Assembly (NCBI GenBank): GCA_035519135.1
Contig: DATIWX010000135.1
Location: 1,459 to 65,458 of the forward strand
Origin: Burkholderiales bacterium
Lineage (GTDB): Bacteria > Pseudomonadota > Gammaproteobacteria > Burkholderiales > SG8-39
Direction: 5' to 3'
Length of the DNA: 64,000 bases
The notes beneath the pieces were generated by a model. The model saw only the letters and a program-made list of their open reading frames with translations. It ran no database searches and had not been told where the DNA came from. The first letter of the stretch is position 1. Each line of letters begins with the position of its first letter. A program made the position numbers and the translations under genes. This document shows positions 37,340 through 46,697 of this stretch, piece after piece.

Positions 37340-37933
37340 ATGGCGGACGGAGTCACTCGCCGGGAATTTCTGAAGGGCACGGGCGCAGTCATCACCGGCG
37401 TCGCCATGCTCGACCAGAGCGCGGCTGCCGAGCGCGGTCCGGGAGCGGCGGCCGCGGACTCCGGCCAGGTCGAGATTCTTCTTCACGTGAACGGCGCAAG
37501 GCGGAGCGTGAGCGTCGAGCCGCAGATGACTCTCGCGGAAGTCCTGCGCGGGCCGCTCGATCTGACCGGCACGAAAATCGGCTGCGACCGCGGCGCCTGC
37601 TCCGCCTGCACGGTGTGGCTCGATCGCGAGCCGGTTCTCTCCTGCATGACGCTCGCGCTCGACGTCGGCGAGCGCGAGGTCGTGACCATCGAGGGCCTCG
37701 CGGGCGGCGGGCGCCTTCACCCGGTACAGTCCGCGTTCATCGCCCAAGACGCGGTTCAGTGCGGCTTCTGCACGCCGGGAATGGTGATGAGCTGCGCTGC
37801 ACTCCTGGAGAGGAATCCCGATCCCAGCCGTGAAGACGTCAAGGCGGCGATCGCAGGGCATCTTTGCCGCTGCGGCACGACGCCGCACGTGCTCGATGCG
37901 GTGCTCGAAGCGGCAAAGGCGGCGAAGGGTTGA
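37340..37933 (+). CDS. (2Fe-2S)-binding small subunit of a xanthine dehydrogenase-family molybdoenzyme, with a Tat signal (PaoA-like)
   Basis: Twin-arginine motif TRREFLKGTG. FeS motifs are CDRGACSACTV and QCGFCTPG. Confidence 0.85.
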   Translation: MADGVTRREFLKGTGAVITGVAMLDQSAAAERGPGAAAADSGQVEILLHVNGARRSVSVEPQMTLAEVLRGPLDLTGTKIGCDRGACSACTVWLDREPVLSCMTLALDVGEREVVTIEGLAGGGRLHPVQSAFIAQDAVQCGFCTPGMVMSCAALLERNPDPSREDVKAAIAGHLCRCGTTPHVLDAVLEAAKAAKG

Positions 37934-37935
37934 AA

Positions 37936-40314
37936 ATGGCGGACGACGGCACCCGCACGCAGAAGCACAAGGTCGGGATGGTTCCCGGGACGCTCGGCGA
38001 AATCGAGCGCCGGGTGAGCGCGGACGAAGCGCCGCCGCTCGCCCCCAACGCGCAGCTCGCCTGGATTGGAAAATCCGTGCATCGCATCAATGGACGCGCG
38101 AAGGTGACGGGCGCCGCGCGCTTCACCGTCGACGTGAAGCTGCCGGGCATGCTCCACGGGCGGCTGCTGCGCTCGCCGCATCCGCATGCGCGTCTTGCCT
38201 CGCTCGACTTGAGCGCCGCGGGAAGGCATCCCGGCGTGCGCGCCGTGCTGCCGGTCAATGAAACCGCGGGCCGCGCCGTCGAAGCGGCGGACGAGAAGGC
38301 GTCCGGAAGCGCCGCGCGGCGCGTGCTGTACGTAGGCGATGTCGTTGCGGGCGTCGCGGCCGCCACGCCGGCCGCCGCCGAGGCGGCGCTGCGCCTCATC
38401 AAGGCGGAGTACCGGCCGCTTCCGTTCGTCGTCGATCTCGAAAGCGCGCGCAGAAGCGGCGCACCGGTCGTGTTCGAGCGTCCCGTGCACGGCGAGGGCT
38501 ACGCGGGCGCCATCGCGGGCGGTGCGCCGATCGAACAGCGCGGCAACGTGCGCGGACCGAACACGGCCGGCTCTCGCGGCGACGCGAACGCCGGATTCGC
38601 GCAAGCCGACGTCACCGTCGCAGGCGAATACCGCACGCAGGTGCAGACGCACTGCTGCATGGAGACTCACGCGGTCGTCGCCGACTGGCGCTCGGACGGG
38701 CTTACGGTATACGCGTCCACGCAGTACACGGCGGGCGTGCGCGCCGAGCTCGCGCAGATCTTCGGGCTCCCGTTGAGCCGCGTGCGCGTCGTGGTCGACG
38801 CGATGGGCGGGGGATTCGGCTCGAAGTCGAGTGCCGGAAACTACATGCGCGCCGCGGTGATGCTCTCGCGGCAGGCGGGCGCGCCCGTGCGCATCGCCCT
38901 CGACAGGAGCGAAGAGCACCTGGACAGCGGCAATCGTCCGGCGACCGTCCAGAAGCTGCGCGTCGGGGCGAAGAAGGACGGCGCGCTCACGGCGATCGCG
39001 CTCGACACCTATGGCACGGCGGGCGTGGGCCTGGGCGCCGGTGTCGGATTCTTCGCGCAGGGCCTGTATGCCTGCGAGAACTTCTCGATCTCGCAGTCCG
39101 ACGTTTTCATCAACGCCGGCCCCGGATGCGCGATGCGCGCGCCGGGCAACGTTCCCGGCGCTTTCGCGCTCGAGCAGGCGATCGACGAGCTGGCCGAGAA
39201 GCTCGGTGTCGATCCGCTCGCGCTGCGGGACAGGATCGATCCCAGTCCCGTGCACCGGGAGGAACGGCGCCTCGGCGCGGCGCGTTTCGGCTGGAGTGCC
39301 CGGCACGCGCCCGGCGCCGATACGGGACCCGTCAAGCGCGGCGTCGGCGTGGCGCAATCCTACTGGAGCGCGAACATCAATACACACGCCGCGTGCGAGG
39401 TGTGCATCCTGCGCGACGGCTCGGTGGAGCTGTTCTCCGGCGTGCAGGACATCGGCAGCGGCATCGGCACCGTGCTCGCGCAGGTCGTCGCCGAGGAGCT
39501 GGGCTTGCGGCCGGAGGACGTCGCGATTCACATCGGCGACACGAACTTTCCGGCCGGACCGCCCTCGTACGGCAGCCTGACGACCGCCTCGATCACGCCG
39601 CCCGCGCGCAATGCAGCGCACCGCGCGCTGCGCGAGCTGATGCGGACCGCGGCGCCGGCGCTCGGCGCGGCGCCTGAAAGCCTGGTCGCACGCGGCGGAC
39701 GCATCACGACCGCGGACGGCGCGCGCAGCCTGAGCTTCCGCGAGGCGGCTTCGCGGCTTCCCGCCGAGCGCATCAGCGCGGTCGCGAGCCGCTCGGACGA
39801 CTACGGCGGCTTCGCGCGCAAGTTCGGCGAGATGGCCCAGGCCAGGGAACCCCTGGGCGGCGTGCAGTTCGCGGAAGTGGCGGTGGACGTCGAGACCGGC
39901 ATCGTGCGCGTGGAGCGCGTGGTCGCCGCGCAGGACTGCGGCCGACCGATGAACCCGAAGCAGACCGAGAGCCAGGTGCACGGCGGCATCCTCATGGGTG
40001 TCTCCTACGCGCTCTACGAGAACCGCGTGATCGACCGGAACACCGGACACGTGCTCAACGCCGACCTGGAGCACTACAAGATCGCGCGCTCGCGCGAGAC
40101 GCCGGCGATCGATGTGATCCTGCTCGAGAACTATCAGGGTATGAGCGCGACCGACGCCTACGGAATCGCCGAGCCCGCGAACATCGCCACCGCGCCCGCG
40201 ATCGCCAACGCCGTCTACAACGCGATCGGCGTGCGCGTGCGCCAGCTGCCGATGACCCCGGCGACGATCCTCGCCGCGCTCGGACGGATCCCGGCCGTCA
40301 GGGCAAGCGCATGA
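37936..40314 (+). CDS. molybdopterin-binding large subunit (PaoC-like aldehyde oxidoreductase/xanthine dehydrogenase family)
   Basis: 792 aa with ..RINGRAKVTGAARFTVDVKLPGMLHG.. and ..GGGFGSK.. Confidence 0.85.
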   Translation: MADDGTRTQKHKVGMVPGTLGEIERRVSADEAPPLAPNAQLAWIGKSVHRINGRAKVTGAARFTVDVKLPGMLHGRLLRSPHPHARLASLDLSAAGRHPGVRAVLPVNETAGRAVEAADEKASGSAARRVLYVGDVVAGVAAATPAAAEAALRLIKAEYRPLPFVVDLESARRSGAPVVFERPVHGEGYAGAIAGGAPIEQRGNVRGPNTAGSRGDANAGFAQADVTVAGEYRTQVQTHCCMETHAVVADWRSDGLTVYASTQYTAGVRAELAQIFGLPLSRVRVVVDAMGGGFGSKSSAGNYMRAAVMLSRQAGAPVRIALDRSEEHLDSGNRPATVQKLRVGAKKDGALTAIALDTYGTAGVGLGAGVGFFAQGLYACENFSISQSDVFINAGPGCAMRAPGNVPGAFALEQAIDELAEKLGVDPLALRDRIDPSPVHREERRLGAARFGWSARHAPGADTGPVKRGVGVAQSYWSANINTHAACEVCILRDGSVELFSGVQDIGSGIGTVLAQVVAEELGLRPEDVAIHIGDTNFPAGPPSYGSLTTASITPPARNAAHRALRELMRTAAPALGAAPESLVARGGRITTADGARSLSFREAASRLPAERISAVASRSDDYGGFARKFGEMAQAREPLGGVQFAEVAVDVETGIVRVERVVAAQDCGRPMNPKQTESQVHGGILMGVSYALYENRVIDRNTGHVLNADLEHYKIARSRETPAIDVILLENYQGMSATDAYGIAEPANIATAPAIANAVYNAIGVRVRQLPMTPATILAALGRIPAVRASA

Positions 40315-41339
40315 AGCGCTTCCAATGGGCGCGCGCGCGCGGCGTCGCTGACGCGGCCGGCTCGGGGAACGCCACGGTCGCGGACGCGATGCAGTCCAAG
40401 AACGGCAGCCCGCGAACCGACGCCGTCGTCCTCAAGGCCGGCGGCGTCGACCTGCTCGATCTGATGAAGGAAGGACTGCTCACGCCGAGACGCGTGGTGA
40501 ACCTGCGCGCCGTTCCCGAGCTCGGGCGCCTCGTCGAGGAGAGGGACGGAAGCATGCGCGTCGGCGCGACGGTCACGCTCGCGCAGCTCGCGGCGCATCC
40601 GGCGATCCGCGCACGCTATCGCGCCCTTGCCCAGGCCGCGGGGAACTCCGCGAGCCCGCAGCTCCGCAACATGGCCACGATCGGCGGGAATCTGCTGCAG
40701 CGGCCGCGCTGCTGGTATTTTCGCTCGGCCGCGCATCACTGTGCGCGAAAGGGCGGCCAGACCTGCTTCGCGTTCGCCGGCGAGAACGCCTATCACGCCA
40801 TCTTCGGGCAGAACGGCTGCGCGATCGTGCATCCCTCGACTTCCGCGACCGCGCTGGTCGCGTTCGGTGCCGGAGTCGAATTGGCGGGTGCGAAGGGAAG
40901 GAAGCGCGTCGTCGCGCTGGAGAAGTTCTTCGTGCCGCCCGAGCGGGACATCGGGCGCGAGAACGATCTCAAGCCGGGCGAGATCCTGACGGCCGTGCTG
41001 CTGCCGCCGCCCGGTCACGGCGCGCGCTCGGCGCATCTGCGGCAGGGAGAACTGGATTCCTTCGACTGGCCCGTGGCCGACGTCGCGGTTGTCCTCGAAA
41101 TGGAAAAAGACGGCGTGTGCCGACGCGCATCCGTGGTGCTCGGCGCCGCGGCGCCGGTTCCGCACCGGGCGAAGGCGGCCGAGGACGCGCTTGTCGGGAA
41201 GCGGATCGCCGACGATGTCGCTCGCCAAGCGGCGCACGCCGCGCTCGCGGGTGCGTCGCCGCTCAGCCAAAACGCCTACAAGCTGCCGATTTTCGAGGCA
41301 CTGGTGCGGCGTGCCGTGCTCGGCGCGACCGGAGAATGA
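40311..41339 (+). CDS. FAD-binding medium subunit (PaoB-like)
   Basis: ATGA overlap with the large subunit gene. Motifs are ..LKAGGVDLLDLMKEGL.. and ..ATIGGNLLQRPRCWYFR.. Confidence 0.8.
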   Translation: MKRFQWARARGVADAAGSGNATVADAMQSKNGSPRTDAVVLKAGGVDLLDLMKEGLLTPRRVVNLRAVPELGRLVEERDGSMRVGATVTLAQLAAHPAIRARYRALAQAAGNSASPQLRNMATIGGNLLQRPRCWYFRSAAHHCARKGGQTCFAFAGENAYHAIFGQNGCAIVHPSTSATALVAFGAGVELAGAKGRKRVVALEKFFVPPERDIGRENDLKPGEILTAVLLPPPGHGARSAHLRQGELDSFDWPVADVAVVLEMEKDGVCRRASVVLGAAAPVPHRAKAAEDALVGKRIADDVARQAAHAALAGASPLSQNAYKLPIFEALVRRAVLGATGE

Positions 41340-41340
41340 A

Positions 41341-41718
41341 ATGAGCCGCCTCCAGCGGCTGGTGCGAGCGCTCCCTCTGGCGGTGGCGCTCGCCCCGGCC
41401 TTCGCCGCCGACGATCCGGCGGGCGCCGGCCGGAAGATCTTCGAGAGCCGCTGCGTGAGCTGCCATGAAAACGCGCCGCCGTCGACGGCGACGCTCGGCC
41501 CGAGCCTCGCCGGCATCGTCGGCAGGAAGGCGGGCACCGGGACCACCGGCGTGCATTCCCGCGCGCTGGCGGAGTCGGGGATCGTATGGAACCGGAGCTC
41601 GCTGCGGAGCTATCTCTCCGATCCGGGACGCGCGGTCCCGGGAACGATCATGCCGCTGCGCGTGGAGAACACGAAGGAGCTCGAGGACCTGCTGAACTAC
41701 CTGGAAACCCTGCGTTGA
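41341..41718 (+). CDS. monohaem cytochrome c
   Basis: 125 aa with a signal peptide and CVSCHE, plus ..TIMP.. as a Met ligand region. Confidence 0.75.
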   Translation: MSRLQRLVRALPLAVALAPAFAADDPAGAGRKIFESRCVSCHENAPPSTATLGPSLAGIVGRKAGTGTTGVHSRALAESGIVWNRSSLRSYLSDPGRAVPGTIMPLRVENTKELEDLLNYLETLR

Positions 41719-41728
41719 GGAGCAAGAC

Positions 41729-42385
41729 ATGGAAGACCACGTCACGAGAAGACAAGTCAACGCCGCGCTCCTCGCGGCCGGCGCGATGGCGGCGCTGCCT
41801 GCCGGGGCCCTGGCGCAGGAGGCCAGGGTACTTCCCGCCCCCCGCAAGGAGGCGGGCAAGCCGCTCATGCAGGCATTGCAGCTGCGCCGCTCCACCCGGG
41901 AGTACTCGCAGCGCCCGCTTTCCGCGCAGACGCTTTCGGATCTGCTGTGGGCCGCGTACGGCGTGAACCGCCCGAGCGGCGACCGCACGGCGCCCTACTG
42001 GCGCCACATCATGGTGATCGACGTCTACGCCGCGATGGCCGACGGCGTCTGGCTCTACGACCCGAAGCAGCATGCGCTTCGCCCGCATCTCGGCGCCGAC
42101 ATCCGGCCGCAGACCGGCATGCAGGACTTCGTCGCGACCGCGCCGCTCAACCTCGTGTATGTGGTGCACGGCGAGCGCATGAAGGACGTCTCGCCCGAGG
42201 ATCGCCGCTTGTACGGATCGGTGGACGCCGCGTTCGCCGGCCAGAACGTCTACCTCTACTGTGCCTCGGAGGGTCTCGCCACGGTATTCCGCGGAGCGGT
42301 CGACTACGAGAAGCTCAGACGCGCCATGAAGCTCGGAGACGGACAGTTCGTCGCCTTCGCGCAGACGGTCGGTTATCCTTCCTGA
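41729..42385 (+). CDS. nitroreductase-superfamily protein with an N-terminal export (Tat-like) signal
   Basis: 218 aa with ..VTRRQVNAALLAAGAMAALPAGALAQ.. followed by ..LRRSTREYS..LSDLLWAAYGVNR.. It is a paralogue of 44520..45146. Confidence 0.75.
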   Translation: MEDHVTRRQVNAALLAAGAMAALPAGALAQEARVLPAPRKEAGKPLMQALQLRRSTREYSQRPLSAQTLSDLLWAAYGVNRPSGDRTAPYWRHIMVIDVYAAMADGVWLYDPKQHALRPHLGADIRPQTGMQDFVATAPLNLVYVVHGERMKDVSPEDRRLYGSVDAAFAGQNVYLYCASEGLATVFRGAVDYEKLRRAMKLGDGQFVAFAQTVGYPS

Positions 42386-42393
42386 AGGGACCC

Positions 42394-42765
42394 ATGAAAT
42401 CCGAACTGTTGATCGGCGTGGCATCAGTTCTCGCCCTGGCAAGCGCGGCCGCCGTCGCCGACCCTTTCGATGATGAGATGAATCGCCTCGCAACCGACAG
42501 CGGATGCATGCTCTGCCATTCCGCGCGTCCGGCGAGGGCGAGGGACGACGCCGTTCTGCCCCCGGCTCCCGCCTGGAGCGAGATTGCGAAAAAATATCGG
42601 GGCCGGCCCGATGCGGAAGACAAGCTCGTTGCGATCGTCATCCGCGGGGTCAGGCCGGAGGACCGGCATTGGGCGGGCAAGACGAGCGCCGTAGTGATGC
42701 CGACGAACCGTGTCGAGATCGGCGAGGAAGACGCGAGAAGGCTGATACGCTGGATCCTGCGCTGA
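42394..42765 (+). CDS. monohaem cytochrome c
   Basis: 123 aa with a signal peptide and CMLCHS. Confidence 0.7.
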   Translation: MKSELLIGVASVLALASAAAVADPFDDEMNRLATDSGCMLCHSARPARARDDAVLPPAPAWSEIAKKYRGRPDAEDKLVAIVIRGVRPEDRHWAGKTSAVVMPTNRVEIGEEDARRLIRWILR

Positions 42766-42792
42766 GCGACGCGCCGGCTCGGCGCGCTGCTC
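42764..42792. terminator. GC-rich hairpin between convergent genes (possible bidirectional terminator; no U-tract)
   Basis: gagc-ga-cgcgcc-ggctc-ggcgcg-ct-gctc: a 10-bp interrupted stem read directly from the sequence. Confidence 0.3.
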
Positions 42793-42820
42793 GACGGTGC
42801 TAGGTCCGGACCTTGGCGGC

Positions 42821-43597
42821 TCACTGCGCGATCGTCGGATAGCGGTTCGTTGCGAGCGCCGTCAACAATGCGAGAACCGCGAGCTGGACCGCAAAATCGA
42901 TCCCCAGCCCGTAGTCGCTGTGCGCCCCTTCGATCATGAACGCGCGGAGCGCGTCCACCTGGTAGGTGAGGGGATTGAATGCCGCGATGGAGCGAAGCCA
43001 GTCGGGCATCATCGCGATCGGATAGATCGCATTGCTCGCGAAGAAGAGCGGCATGGTCATGATCTGCCCGATGCCCATGAAGCGCTCGCGCGTCTTCACC
43101 ATGCAGGCGACGATGAGTGAAAACGTGCAGAAAATGGCCGAGCCGAGGAGGATCGTCGCGATCACGCCGGCGATCGGCAGTACGCCGAGGCGCAACTTCA
43201 CGCCGAGCAGGAATGCGAGCAGGAACACGATCAGCGCCTGGGAAAGGCCCCGGACGCCCGAAGCGAGCGCGCGGCCGAGCACCAGCGCCGGACGCGCCGC
43301 CGGGCTCACGAGAAACTTCTGCAGCACGCCCAGATCGCGCTCCCAGATGATGGATACGCCATAGAAGATCGCCACGAACAGCACGCTCTGCGCGAGAATT
43401 CCCGGCGCCATGAAATCGAGATAGCCGAGGCTCCCGGTCGGAATGGCCCGCGAATGCGCGAATACTTCGCCGAAGATGAGCAGCCACAACATCGGCTGCA
43501 CCATCCGCGAAGCGAGCTCCCAGGGATCGTGGCGCAGCTTCCGGATATCGGCCTCGGCGACGGCGAGCGTCTGGCGCAAGAAGAGCGCGAAATCCAC
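42821..43597 (-). CDS. ABC-2 type exporter permease
   Basis: 258 aa with 6 TM segments, immediately downstream of the ATPase gene. Confidence 0.8.
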   Translation of the reverse strand: MDFALFLRQTLAVAEADIRKLRHDPWELASRMVQPMLWLLIFGEVFAHSRAIPTGSLGYLDFMAPGILAQSVLFVAIFYGVSIIWERDLGVLQKFLVSPAARPALVLGRALASGVRGLSQALIVFLLAFLLGVKLRLGVLPIAGVIATILLGSAIFCTFSLIVACMVKTRERFMGIGQIMTMPLFFASNAIYPIAMMPDWLRSIAAFNPLTYQVDALRAFMIEGAHSDYGLGIDFAVQLAVLALLTALATNRYPTIAQ

Positions 43598-43601
43598 GGC
43601 G

Positions 43602-44411
43602 CTATTCGAGGCGCGCCGCCGTGCGGCGGACCTGCTCCACCTCGCGGTACGAGCCGGCTTCCCCGGGTGCGTTTCCCGTCAACTCGATGAAGACGTCGTC
43701 GAGCGTTGCCTCCGGGCCGGCCTTCGCCTTCAGCTCTCCCGGCGTTCCCAGACCGGCGAGCTTCCCGCGATGCATGAACGCCACCGTCTCGCACAGGTGG
43801 TCGGCCTCATCCATGTCGTGGGTGGTCATGAACACCGTGGTGCCGAATTCGTCGCGCACCTGCTCGATGTGCCGCCACACCCCGTGGCGGGCCACCGGGT
43901 CGAGCCCGATGGTCGGCTCGTCCAGGAACAGCACCGCCGGCCGGTGCAGCATGCATTGCGCGATCTCGAGACGCCGGATCATGCCTCCCGAATAGTGGCC
44001 GACGAGGCGGTCGGCCGCGCCGGCGAGATCCATGAATTCGAGCGCCTGCCCGATGCGCGTCCTGCGCTCGGCTCCCGAAAGCCCGTACAGCTTCGCCGAG
44101 ATCAGCAGGTTCTCGTAGCCGGTGAGCTCCCCGTCCGAGGAAAGCATCTGGGAAACATATCCGATATGCCGGCGGACTTCATCCGGCTCCCGCACGATGT
44201 CGAAGCCCGCCACCGAAGCGGTTCCCGAGGTGGGCGGCAGGAGCGTCGTCAGCATCTTGATGACCGTGGTCTTTCCCGCCCCGTTCGAGCCGAGCAAGCC
44301 GAAAATGGATTTCGGCCGCACCTCGAAGCTCAGGTGGTCCACCGCGGTCAGGGACTTGAATCGACGCGTAAGAACGGAGAGCTCGACGGCCGGCCGGTGC
44401 ACGGGGTCCAT
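43602..44411 (-). CDS. ABC transporter ATP-binding protein (DrrA-like)
   Basis: Walker A GSNGAGKTT, signature YSGGMIRR, Walker B LFLDEP. I prefer the ATG at 44411 (MDPVHRP..), because the longer ORF start at 44459 lies inside an FNR-type box. Confidence 0.85.
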   Translation of the reverse strand: MDPVHRPAVELSVLTRRFKSLTAVDHLSFEVRPKSIFGLLGSNGAGKTTVIKMLTTLLPPTSGTASVAGFDIVREPDEVRRHIGYVSQMLSSDGELTGYENLLISAKLYGLSGAERRTRIGQALEFMDLAGAADRLVGHYSGGMIRRLEIAQCMLHRPAVLFLDEPTIGLDPVARHGVWRHIEQVRDEFGTTVFMTTHDMDEADHLCETVAFMHRGKLAGLGTPGELKAKAGPEATLDDVFIELTGNAPGEAGSYREVEQVRRTAARLE

Positions 44412-44445
44412 CGCCTCATTCTCGTGCGGCTGCCGGGCAGCGCGG

Positions 44446-44459
44446 TTGACGTACATCAA
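44446..44459. promoter_or_regulatory. FNR/FixK-type box TTGACGTACATCAA in a divergent region
   Basis: Its centre is 41.5 bp from the ATG at 44411 (minus strand) and 67.5 bp from the ATG at 44520 (plus strand). Confidence 0.6.
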
Positions 44460-44519
44460 GACCGCCGGACGGGTGTGGAAGAGAATCCATAGTCCGCGAA
44501 CTCAACAGGGGCGGCAATC

Positions 44520-45146
44520 ATGGAGCGTGGAAGCCCAGTGTCAGGATCGAAAGCCGCGCGTTCGTCGACGGGACAGACCATCAAGCTCCCGCCGCCGCAA
44601 ACGAGCGGCGGCAAGCCGCTGCTGCAGGCGCTGAAGGACCGGCACAGCGCGCGCGAATTCAGCGGCCGGGAGCTGCCGCCGGAGGTGCTCTCCAGCCTTC
44701 TGTGGGCCGCGTTCGGCATCAACCGGCCGAAAACGGGCGGCCGCACGGCGCCCTCGGCGCACGACTGGGAAGAGATCGATGTGTACGCCGCGACCGCGAA
44801 GGGGCTCTACCTGTACGAGCCGCGGGACCACGTTCTGAAGCTGGTCCTCGCGCAGGACGTCCGCGCGAAAACGGGGATGCAGGCTTTCGTCGGGGAGGCG
44901 CCCCTGAACCTCGTCTACGTCGCCGACCTGACGCGGATGACCGAGGCGACGCCGGAGGACAAAGCCTGGTATTCCGGCCCGGACGCCGGTTTTGTCGCGC
45001 AGAACGTCTACCTCTTCTGCGCGTCGGAAGGGCTCGCCGTGGTCGTGCGCGGGATGGTCGACCGCGGGGCGCTCGGGAAACTGATGTCCCTCACGCCCGA
45101 GGAGAAGATCATCCTCGCGCAGACCGTCGGCTATCCGAAGGCTTGA
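44520..45146 (+). CDS. nitroreductase-superfamily protein (paralogue of 41729..42385, no obvious signal peptide)
   Basis: 208 aa. It aligns by eye with its paralogue (..GGKPLLQALKDRHSAREFS..LSSLLWAAFGINRP..APLNLVYVAD..AQTVGYPKA). Confidence 0.75.
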   Translation: MERGSPVSGSKAARSSTGQTIKLPPPQTSGGKPLLQALKDRHSAREFSGRELPPEVLSSLLWAAFGINRPKTGGRTAPSAHDWEEIDVYAATAKGLYLYEPRDHVLKLVLAQDVRAKTGMQAFVGEAPLNLVYVADLTRMTEATPEDKAWYSGPDAGFVAQNVYLFCASEGLAVVVRGMVDRGALGKLMSLTPEEKIILAQTVGYPKA

Positions 45147-45176
45147 GCCTGCGGAATGGCAGAACTGCGCCCGCCT

Positions 45177-45491
45177 TCAGCGGCGGGTGATGAGCAGGCC
45201 GACCAGCGCGCCGGCGGCGGCGGCGAAGCCGATCATCGGCCAGGGATGCGCGTGGACGTACTCGTCGGTCGCAACCGCCGTGGCCTTCGCCCTTTCCACC
45301 GCCACCTCCTGAGTGGCGTCGATTTTCTGCTTCACGGCCTTGATGGTCTCCTGGACGCGCGCACGGGCGGCCACGACCTTCTCGTTGGCCTGGTTCGCGG
45401 TCGCCTGGAGGAGCAGCTCGGTGTCCTCGATGACGGTGTTGAGATCCGCGGTAAGCTTGTTCTTCGCTTCAATGACATTTCCGGTATACAT
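45177..45491 (-). CDS. DUF883 (ElaB/YqjD-like) tail-anchored stress protein
   Basis: 104 aa from MYTGNVIEAKNKL.. The C-terminal anchor is ..HPWPMIGFAAAAGALVGLLITRR. Confidence 0.75.
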   Translation of the reverse strand: MYTGNVIEAKNKLTADLNTVIEDTELLLQATANQANEKVVAARARVQETIKAVKQKIDATQEVAVERAKATAVATDEYVHAHPWPMIGFAAAAGALVGLLITRR

Positions 45492-45545
45492 GATTGCCTC
45501 CTGCGTAAAAATCGATTCACTAGGTACTACCTTAGCAAGGCGGAA

Positions 45546-45559
45546 TGGCGCCCGGTTGA
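45546..45559. promoter_or_regulatory. FNR/FixK-type box TTGATCCAGATCAA (perfect)
   Basis: Its centre is 61.5 bp upstream of the ATG at 45491. Confidence 0.65.
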
Positions 45560-45576
45560 TCCAGATCAAGCTCCTC

Positions 45577-46692
45577 TCAGTATCCGGCGACGATGAGGCG
45601 ACTTTGCGCTTCGCGCTCGACCCGCGTGCCGAAGCGGCGGCCTTCGCGCTCGAGCATCGCAGCGAGCCAGGACCCTTCCTCCTCCGTCGCCCGCACGGCT
45701 CGGAACCGGGCGATACGCGTGGGGGTCAGCGACAGGCGCACGAGCCTGCCGCTCGCCGCGTCGAACGTCGGGAAGTACATCAGAGCCAGTTCCGGGCGAA
45801 ACGGCTCGTGCCCCGAGATGCCTTCGTAGTCGTTGAGAAAGTCTCCGCAACCGTAGAGGATCGGTCTGTCGCGGTGGATCTCGATCGCCTTGGGATGGTG
45901 CGAGGAGTGGCCGTGCACGACGTCGGCGGCGCCGGCGCCGATCAGCCGGTGCGCGAACTCGCGCTCGGGGTTGGAGACATCGTAGCCCCAGTTGCCGCCC
46001 CAATGGATCGAGACGACCGCGATGTCGCCCGCCCGTCTGACCGCCGCGATCTCGGCGGCGATACCGTCCGCGGTTTTCGGCGAAAGATCGGGGAGCATGC
46101 GCAGTCCCGGCCGCTGCCGGGTCGCCGCCCAGTCCGAAGGCATCCCCGCGCTCTCCATGCCGAAAGCGAACACCAGCACGCGGCGATCTTCCGCGAGATC
46201 GATGACCGCCGGCGCAGCCGCCTCGGCTGCATCGCGGCCGGCGCCGGCCGTGCGCACGCCGGCCGCACGCAGCGTGTCGAGCGTCTCTTCGAGTCCGCGA
46301 ATACCCCAGTCGAGCGCGTGATTGTTGGCGAGCACGCAGCAATCGATCTTCGCGGCCGCGAGGCAGGGGACGTTCGCCGGATGCATGCGGTAGTGGATCC
46401 CTTTGCGCGGCCACGCATCGTCCGACGTGGTCACCGCGGTTTCGAGGTTGATGATGCGCGCATCCGGCCGCACGCGATCCAGCTCGGCAAGCGCATCGCC
46501 CCAGACATAGGAGAAGTCGACCGGCTTCGGCAGCGGCCCCGCCGCTTCTTCGGCGAGCTTCACATAGCCGATCGCCGATCGCATGTACGGCTCGAAGAGC
46601 TGCGGCTCGACCGGATGCGGAAGGATCTGATCGATGCCGCGGCCGGTCATCACGTCGCCGCACAGGAACAGCGTGACGTGTGGGTTCCCCAT
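45577..46692 (-). CDS. CapA-family (poly-gamma-glutamate synthesis-like) metallophosphatase-fold protein
   Basis: 371 aa from MGNPHVTLFLCGDVMTGRGID.. with ..ANNHALDWG.. and ..VHGHSSHHPK.. Confidence 0.8.
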   Translation of the reverse strand: MGNPHVTLFLCGDVMTGRGIDQILPHPVEPQLFEPYMRSAIGYVKLAEEAAGPLPKPVDFSYVWGDALAELDRVRPDARIINLETAVTTSDDAWPRKGIHYRMHPANVPCLAAAKIDCCVLANNHALDWGIRGLEETLDTLRAAGVRTAGAGRDAAEAAAPAVIDLAEDRRVLVFAFGMESAGMPSDWAATRQRPGLRMLPDLSPKTADGIAAEIAAVRRAGDIAVVSIHWGGNWGYDVSNPEREFAHRLIGAGAADVVHGHSSHHPKAIEIHRDRPILYGCGDFLNDYEGISGHEPFRPELALMYFPTFDAASGRLVRLSLTPTRIARFRAVRATEEEGSWLAAMLEREGRRFGTRVEREAQSRLIVAGY

Positions 46693-46697
46693 GATGC

